This document shows positions 55,426 to 64,000 of a stretch of 64,000 nt of DNA, piece by piece. Made by a program: the position numbers and the translations under genes. Source of the DNA: Chrysomallon squamiferum (lineage: Eukaryota > Animalia > Mollusca); contig CM022670.1 of assembly GCA_012295275.1 (NCBI GenBank), positions 33,976,001 through 34,040,000 of the forward strand. The letters run 5' to 3'. Numbering within the stretch: the stretch's first letter is position 1; every line of letters begins with the position of its first letter. The notes under the pieces were generated by a model. That model was not told the origin of the DNA. It saw only the letters and a program-made list of their open reading frames with translations, and made no database searches.

Positions 55426-55540
55426 TATTTTTTTCCATAACTCTATGTCTCTTTCTCTATCTGTCTCTCCATCGCTATACAGATAGTATAGCGATGGAGA
55501 GACAGATAGAGAAAGAGACATAGAGTTATGGAAAAAAATA
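55426..55540. repeat. Perfect inverted repeat, 55-bp arms with a 5-nt loop
   Basis: 55426-55480 is the exact reverse complement of 55486-55540; loop agata. Confidence 0.97.
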
Positions 55541-55571
55541 GGGACAGTAAGAGACACAGAAAGAGAAATAT

Positions 55572-55676
<105 letters not shown>

Positions 55677-56380
55677 AAGTTAGAATATAAATCCAAAGAG
55701 AGACAGCATTGAAACAAAAATCAACAACATTCGAATTAAAATATATAATTTTCATAAAAGCTAACAACAACAACAGCAACAACAAAAGCCCGTGACTTTT
55801 ATCATACGAAGAAAGCACAACGAAGAAAGTGTTATAGGATAGCAAAATTGGAAATGGACGTGAATTATGTATGATATCGATCTTTTCTTTTGTATGTTAG
55901 AATTATTTGGTTTGAAATTAAAAACTGTGCATTTCTGCTAACATTATTTTTTCGGGAATGTAATGTAAAATGTCTTGTGTTTCAGGGCATGCTTTACTGA
56001 ATTTCAAAATAATAAAATGTTTTACAAATTCATTTTTAAACTTTTTTTTCAGTCACCGAGGATTATTCGGAATCTGCGATTCAGCAAGATTTGTGTGTAA
56101 TACTGAACTCTGTTATTACCAGTCTGATGTCTGTTTGTTATCAATTTGACAACGTAGCCTTCAAATGATCATTGTTTCAACAAAATGTGAATTAGTTCCA
56201 GACGTTCCCGACAATCACGGTGTATAATAATCAGTCCATACATTAGTAACAAATAACAATTCATAAATCTGAAAGATCTCGTATTCGGAGATTTTTTGTT
56301 TTGTTTTGCTTTTTGTTTTGCTTTTCTCTGACTTCAGAAGACCATCACCATGATAAAGACGAAACGAGTTTTTCTTAGTC

Positions 56381-56827
56381 ATGTTAAATAACACTGCACT
56401 GCCACTGCTGATAGCGTCACTTCTCCCGAACTGTTCGAATGCTTACAGAATCAACAAGCCACTAGAGGCTGTCGTCAATGCCACGCTCTCCGACGATAAC
56501 GACGACGACAGCGACAATGGAGCCGTGATCTACATCATCGCCGTTCTGTTGTTCTACTCGACCGGGATCGTCGTGATGATCATCCAGTACCTGAAGACGG
56601 AGAAGAAGGAAATTGAAGAGGAAATCAGTCTAGAAGCGTTCTTCAAAAAGATGCCAGAGCGAAGGCGCCAAGAAGAGGAGAAGAGGGTGAACAAAGTGGC
56701 AATCCACGCCTTCCACACGCTGACGTCGTTCTCGTACGAAAACGACGAGGAATTCGAGTTAGAGTCGCCGCAGTTGGAACATTCGTTTAACGAAGAGGCG
56801 AAGACGTTGCTTGTTACAGACGTATGA
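56381..56827 (+). CDS. 148-aa single-pass membrane protein with a KCNE-like TM/juxtamembrane segment and a class I PDZ ligand (-TDV)
   Basis: GC-rich intronless ORF after a strong acceptor (56337). NxS/T sequons at N3, N17 and N33; TM aa 48-68; charged helix after it. Coding status is well supported; KCNE similarity is by eye only. Confidence 0.85.
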   Translation: MLNNTALPLLIASLLPNCSNAYRINKPLEAVVNATLSDDNDDDSDNGAVIYIIAVLLFYSTGIVVMIIQYLKTEKKEIEEEISLEAFFKKMPERRRQEEEKRVNKVAIHAFHTLTSFSYENDEEFELESPQLEHSFNEEAKTLLVTDV

Positions 56828-59800
56828 GTGTTCGGTTGATTGCGTGACGTGCGATTGTTTCAAATCAGTAAGAATGGTCTTCTGGGACATTTCAGTAAAA
56901 CTGTGATAGTCGCAAGCAAATGGCGATTCCTTTTTAAAGACTGTATTTCAAGGACGAATGTTAAAAATGGCTGAAGATTCAACAGTCTCGTTTTGATCAC
57001 ATTTCGGAGGATCAGATTCAATTCTCGAACACTGCTGGTGTTTAGTTTCTTAACTTCCAGAAGTCGAAATGGAAATCGCAAGATTCGATAGTTTCTGGAG
57101 TACAGTTATTCTGAAATCATTCCACCTGTTTTATTTGTATACATGTTATTTGGATTACCGATTTTCAGAACTATGATTATTAAAAAGAAAATATCTTAAT
57201 ATATGACTAGATGTTTTATTTTAGATGAATGTTCAAAAGTAAATATGTTAATAAATGATTTGAAATTTTGGTTTTAAATGAACGAGTCTAATATTTGTTA
57301 CTAAATGAAAAACGTTTAAGAAAATTTACTTATGTCTGAAAATGTTTTGTTTACCGTATTGAACACATAAAATGTGAACATCTATTACTCGTATATATTT
57401 TCTTCACAAGACAATTTGTCAGACATATGTTCTTAATATAACGTATTTTAAGTTCTTATTTATTTATTTTTAAACGATTAATTATAATTATTATTATCAT
57501 TTGTTATTAGTATAATTTATGTATACAGATCAGTTATTCTTGGCAGGGGTTTAATCACAATATAAATAATTTTGTGAAAAACTGAAGTGACTGGTACTAA
57601 AAGTACATGTAAATAAGACCCAATTTTAAAAGATTAATTCATATGCTTTCATTGAACCGCATTTATTAATGTATTACTTATTTCAGTCAAAGTCGTGTAT
57701 TTCTTTGTATTTGCTTTTTGCAACTTTATTTATTTATTTTTTTATACACTAATTTTTTACTCATATTTAATATTTTTATTCCATGTTTTTTTGTTGTTTT
57801 TTCTACATTATCATATGCATTTAAATGTTTTTCATTTTGTTTGTTTTGTTATCATTTTAACGGTATTACATATTTTATGTTTTCTGACCAACGTATATAA
57901 TTTAGATAGCAATGATTTGCAAAAATTCATTTTAGTAGTCTTCAGTTGTTTTGTTATATATATATATATTTTTTTCTTCTTCTTCTTCTTTTTTCGTATA
58001 TTAAGAATCTTTTTTGCATTTAATATATCACGCTTTTTATTCAATTTGTGTTCTATTAAGCAAAACGGGTATAATGTATACAATTCATTTTCACACGAAT
58101 ACTTTAAAACCTTAGCTTGTTAATAAAATATTTTTATTATATGCAATCATTTTTTTGTCTTATTATGGTTCGTTGGTGCTCATCTCGGTATTTTCCGTAA
58201 TAAACCGGTCAAACAAGAATAGACTATTACACGGTTGTTAAACTTACTGGAAGCGGAACAGTGATATTTATAGAATGGAGAATTATATAACATATGGTCG
58301 CATAGTTTACAATATCGGTAATGATGCGTCTTCTTGTAATGGTTTGTCAAAGTGTTTTTCCCAATTAAGCTTTCAGACTGCAGAAGGATATTATGTAATA
58401 TTACGTCTATTATGAACGATCGAAACAAACGTAATTATACAATATTACTGATGGAGCGATGGTTAAGTTATAAATATTAACACTGAATATTGCTGCAGTT
58501 TTGTTCCTAGTATATTCTGTTCGGTTAAACCTTCAAAACATCAAAATCTGATGAAATATTGCATAAATGCTAAACCTACTTTTAACTTACGGAACAGGTG
58601 TATTTTTAGAATGTTATTGATTCAGAGTAATCCTGTAATATTTAAGTTTAAAACAACAAACCTCTTGTATTTGTGCAGTTCCATTATTTGTCTAGTTTAT
58701 TATATCATCATATAGATTTTATGATGTACGTTTTTGTTTTACATTTATAATTTTTAGATATGTAAATGTTTTTAGTTGTTTTTTTTGTTTTTTTTAAGAA
58801 TGTTATTTTATTATATTTTAATTTCGAAATAAATTATCCAAACCCACCCCATCTGACTAATATATATAAATATATAAAGAATTTTGAATTATAAGAATGT
58901 GACTTAATGTACTCTATCACCTTATTACACGAGAAAATAACATTACCAAAGATCATTAGTGTGTAATATGAGTTCACTTTTCACTTGCATGTCCCAGCAG
59001 AATACGTCTCACACTTCTTCATTCACAACAGCTCTGACACAGAAAGTCTTGATTGAATCTGACAGAATTTTACGTGTATGAAATGCCAAGCACAGCAAAC
59101 AAATGTGTTAAAAATTATTTATTAATAAATTATTCATAGCAATAAAGAGCAATTTTGGGAAAGAAACGAAAACATCTAAAATGTTTATGGCTTATGAAGG
59201 CAAGAACAAAAACAACAATAATAATAACAATGATGAAGATGATTGTGATATTGTCTATATATCATTTCACGTATATCACATACAATCACATACATCATGC
59301 CATATCTGATTACACCATTTCAAATTACATCATAGCATAGTACAATATGTGATATCAAGTTACCCACTTCCATATTGAAACTGCCATAACATGTACGTCA
59401 TCGCTTTGTGTCGTGTTGCATCATATCATATCATGTATCTGTAAATCATATCATATGTCGTTTGGTATGGCATCATATCATATCATGCCATATTATATCG
59501 TATGATATTAGGATCATGTAGCGTACATTGTATATAGCTGGGCTTTTTTTCGAATAACATATATTAGAGTATAATTATAATACGTCATTAAACTGATAAT
59601 AAAATCAGAGAAAAAGACACAGGTAAATAAACGAAAGAAGTGATAGGAAAACAAATACATCATCGGCTGAGGTCGATACGCAAACATCAATCGATACACG
59701 ATATATCGAAATTCACTCCAGTTAGTTCAATACCATCCTTTTCCTGCCATTATCGTTAATGTTATGGCTAGTATCAAAAGTTTCTGAACAATATCCTGAA

Positions 59801-60398
59801 CAGTAACGAACTCAATTCATTTTATTGATTATTAAAGCCTGTTTCAGTATATAGGAGTAATTGGTGACAACAAAAGTGTTTTAATGACGATGCACTTTAA
59901 AGATATCAGCAAACAATTTATTTTGATTTTAAAATTAGTAGTTATAGGTCCAGCTTGAAAAAAGAAAGAATCGATCATATAATTAAAATTCTGCTGAATA
60001 AGCTATTCAGCATAAATTAGAAGACTGTGAAAAATTATGTTTAAATTTTAAACGAAATAGGAAAACGATTTTTAAAAATTAATACTAATTCACGAGGGAA
60101 ACAAATGTGAGATAAATATGTGACTGTAAAAATCAGCTGAAAATACACTGAAAAAACAAAGGCTGGAATCAAACCCAGGTAGTTGTTTCCTTAGAAAGTA
60201 TGTGTGTGTGTGTGTGTGCGTTCGCGTGTGTGAGTGGATGTGTGTGTGTGTGAGTGTGTAGGCGTGTGGGACATGTATAAAGGTGTACAAACTGTGTGAT
60301 TGCTTTTAGGAATGAATATGAATATACGTTAGCTTCTCTTTCTTGCAAATGCTCTAACAAAACTTATGTAATACTAACCAGAAAAAGAATACATATAT

Positions 60399-60547
<149 letters not shown>

Positions 60548-61954
60548 GTACGTATGTATTATATAAACCAACTTGGGAGTCGTACAAAGACCAAAACTGT
60601 AATTCTTAATATATCATTTTACCTGTACAGCAGGTAATGGATTTTTCTTTTTAAGTAACTTAACGAAGTTATATAAGCTTAATGCTTTATGTTTAACTAC
60701 AAAGGAAATATGATAACATTATCCATTTGACAGTTTAATTAGGAAACAAAACAAATTTATATTCTTGCAAATACAACATCAGATCTTTTGAATTAGTTAT
60801 ATATAATGTAAAATGTCAGCTATACTAAACAGCAAAGTGACCAATGTGTTCTATGTAAATAGGTTACTGAAATCGTATCTTCTAAGAAGGAAACAACATT
60901 TATTTTAATATTTTTGGTATATTCCTAACTACTGACTTCATGTTACTTTATCTCGTTCTCCATCCTTTATCGTACTGAAACATGATATTAAACAAGCCCG
61001 AAAGTGGCATTTAATTTTCAGATTCCCGTTTGTTATTAAGTCTTTTCGTGTACGATAATAACGTCACGAAACAAAATCAAATATCTCTTTCAATGAATCT
61101 TTACATGTTACATTTATACTTTAAAATTAGAAAAGAGTTCTAGTATCAAATCAGTTCATTAGTTACAATTATACAAAATTATATAAGTAAATTATTCGTA
61201 ATACTACAAATATATTCTTATTACAGTTTCATGAGTTCTTTATTAACAACATCCCATTTCATTATCACGTCTTTTTTTCACTCAAGAATTCAGATAATTA
61301 ACAAATATAAAGAGAAACCCCAGGGAAATGTGTAGGAAAATTGCTAATCTGAAAACAGACCAAGCAATCGTGTCCAAGACATAACTTTCGACTTTACCAG
61401 ATGGTTCTTTCCAAAATAGATAAAGGAGCTTAAAAAGGGAGAAAAATTGAACTTTGGATTTTATTTATAACTTTTCACCAGTTACAATTATACAAAGCCT
61501 TCTAATATAAAACCAGCAATACTGTCTGTAATAAATTTTAACAGACAAACCGAAAGGGGAGAAATAAAGGATTTATATTTAAACAGTAAAAAAGAGTCAA
61601 AATTCGTACAGTCGATAACAGCTGAATTTTTCTAAAACCATGAAGATTACCAGTAACATCTGTAACGCTAATCACACTGTCAGAAAAGAAGAAGAGACTT
61701 GACATAGTATAAATAATGCATGTGTGATTTGTCATGATCATTGCTTATTTATTGACTGTTGTCAGCAGTTTAAAAATTTGAGCATAAAACAAAACTGAAC
61801 AAACGTCGCTGTCTTATCTTTTTGACCACAGCAGTCGTTTCCCCTGTAACCTTTAATCTTTTGACCACAACAGATATATTTCACATTTTTCAAAAAAGGA
61901 ATAGGGCGTATATAAACTTTCTGGCGTTTGTACAATTTGTCTCTTTTTCTGGGA

Positions 61955-62080
61955 CACGGAATCTACTGTCCTGTCTATGAGAAGGTCTATATAAAATATC
62001 CTTTCCCGCTAATTAGAAAGAGTAGACCACGGTGTCGCGCAACTGTTTTTCTCTCTTGTTATGTAAATAGCTCTTAACGA
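61955..62080. mobile_element. Decayed SINE-like dispersed repeat, copy 2 (opposite orientation to copy 1)
   Basis: cctgtctatgagaaggtctatataaaatatcctttcccgctaattagaaagagtag matches the reverse complement of 26284-26345. Confidence 0.6.
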
Positions 62081-64000
62081 CAATAACGACAAATACATTA
62101 CGTTTGTCGCCAATTAGCCATTACCCAAATGTTACAAATAGGTTAAATACAATATTTCCTTCCTTTCCAAAAAACATTACTTTTTTTATTTTATTTACTT
62201 ATTTATTCTGTGATCACAGTTCCCTTTGTGTTGAACTATTTTTGTTCCGACAACAGCAGTGTACTTACCGAAGTAACATATTTGGCCTGGCCTGTCTAGG
62301 TTGGATAAACAGTGTTTCACTACTTTTGTAATGATCAAATCCCGTATCGAACTGTTTGCTGGCAGACAATACGTGTTCGTTCATGCCGCAATCCAGTTGA
62401 TTAACTTCTAGTGAAGTTTTTTTTTTCTCATATAATTACTAAGAGAGTAAAAAGCCTTTTCGTGTCGTGTCTCTATCGGCTGATATGTTTGTATTATTAA
62501 TGCAAACCAACGGATACAGATGACTACGTTTTCCAGTGTGCAGTTCCGACTGTAGCATGCGAGACAATGGCATCGATATACCGTAAATTACCTTACAAAT
62601 TAACAAACTTAACATAATAATGTATTATAGATGGCCTTGAAATTGACTAACATATTTAGTCCTCTGGGATGATGCGGTTTTTATGAAGTGACGATGAGAG
62701 TTGTTGGCTCGGTTATAGTGAAACAGTTTGAGCTGCTGTGGGATCGATAGCTGTAGGAGGGTTTGCTGATTCCGGTAAGACTTGTGGATCATATGAAATA
62801 AAATAGAATGAATGTGTCTCAGTCGTCGAAAAATTCCAACCTGGTATAATAATAACAAACATAACCATCAACCAAAATATATATATATTTTAAATTTTCT
62901 TTGAAGAATATTAAGGAGTATGTGAGAAAAGGGAAGTTCAGAATCATGTAATGTGTGTCGCAAAAAGATATGTCAAAATATGAAGCCTTTTTAATAAACA
63001 AAACCGAAATATTATAAAAGTTCGCCTGTATTGCTAAGATAATCAAGATATGTAAATACATAAAGTTTTGTAAAATTAGGGTTGTAGACTATGAAAATAT
63101 CTAAGTTTTAACAGTCAAAGGTGGATTTACAAAAAATCCACTGATTTAATTATATATACATATGAAAGTATTTTGAAATTTTCAATAATCCAAAACGATG
63201 TTCAAAACAGCTGGCCAAGGACTCCAAGTTGTCTGAACAAGAAAAACAACCTCAGTCTACCGCTGTCACACTCGGCTTGAAATAATTGCTCTGACAAAAC
63301 AAAACCAGTACCGCAATGGATGCCTGACAGATTCACCAGAACCATTTTAAAGTCGTGAAAAGTGATTTTAGTGTCAAGTTTGAGAACAAAAAAATTCTAC
63401 AGCTCTTGTCTCATAATGGCAGTTTCACTGAGAAATCGGTTAAAGAAACTGGCACCGGAAAGGAGCAACCACGATTTATCTGACGCACCCGAAGCTAATC
63501 TAATTTCAGAGTTTTCTACATGACCTTCAGAAGAAAAACAACAACTAAAAATCCTCGAGAAAAAAACAGGAAAAAAGAAAGAAGCAACAATAAAAGGAAT
63601 AAAGATTAACATCGCGCTTGTCAGGTAATATATAATGCAAAACAGATATAATAATAAAGGTTGTTTTTCTTATTCACAGATACTGGTAAATAATCCACTA
63701 ACGTAGAAGAATGCTTGTTTTTTTTTAATAGTTTTTTTAGTATTAGAAAATAAAATATAAAAAAATAATTTTAAATTATTTATTTATTTAATTATTTACT
63801 TTTTTACTAATTTAGTTATTTTTGTTTTAATTATTTACTAATTTTTATTTTATTTTATTTTTATATTTTTTTTATATTTTTTGGTTCACGCTCCCCTGCG
63901 CACTATTATAAATCACATTAAATGATGCTTACACAAAGACGTAGAAACTGATTCTCGCAATGTATGGTGTTTTTATTATTTATTTATTTATTTTTATTTT

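Noticed and set aside
57695-58123. 142-aa Phe/Leu-rich ORF
   Set aside because: Non-ATG start, T-rich low-complexity sequence in the probable 3' UTR of the 56.4 kb gene.

Overview
AT-rich, microsatellite-laden animal genomic DNA with spliceosomal GT-AG introns, most likely a mollusc or other lophotrochozoan (inference from protein style and a SINE-like repeat). Bases ~1.7-15.1 kb (+) carry the 3' two-thirds of a focal adhesion kinase gene (FAK/PTK2). I reconstructed 17 phase-consistent exons: linker with the Y397-type DYAEI motif, tyrosine kinase domain, proline-rich region and FAT domain. A ~4.9 kb 3' UTR follows, and CpG depletion ends sharply at its end. Downstream lie a minus-strand ORF with an MGCxxS dual-acylation N-terminus (~27.5-27.8 kb), a decayed LINE reverse transcriptase (~32.2-32.8 kb), a three-exon claudin/PMP22-superfamily tetraspan gene (42.8-46.1 kb) and a single-coding-exon membrane protein (56.4-56.8 kb). 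The TM and juxtamembrane segment of that last protein aligns without gaps to vertebrate KCNE K+-channel beta subunits, and it ends in a -TDV PDZ ligand. Best leads: the KCNE-like gene with an overlapping uORF, an unannotated in-frame 36-nt basic cassette exon just after the FAK autophosphorylation exon, and a perfect 55-bp-arm hairpin. Most ORFs in the supplied track are microsatellite artefacts. All homology calls are by eye and from memory; no searches were run.
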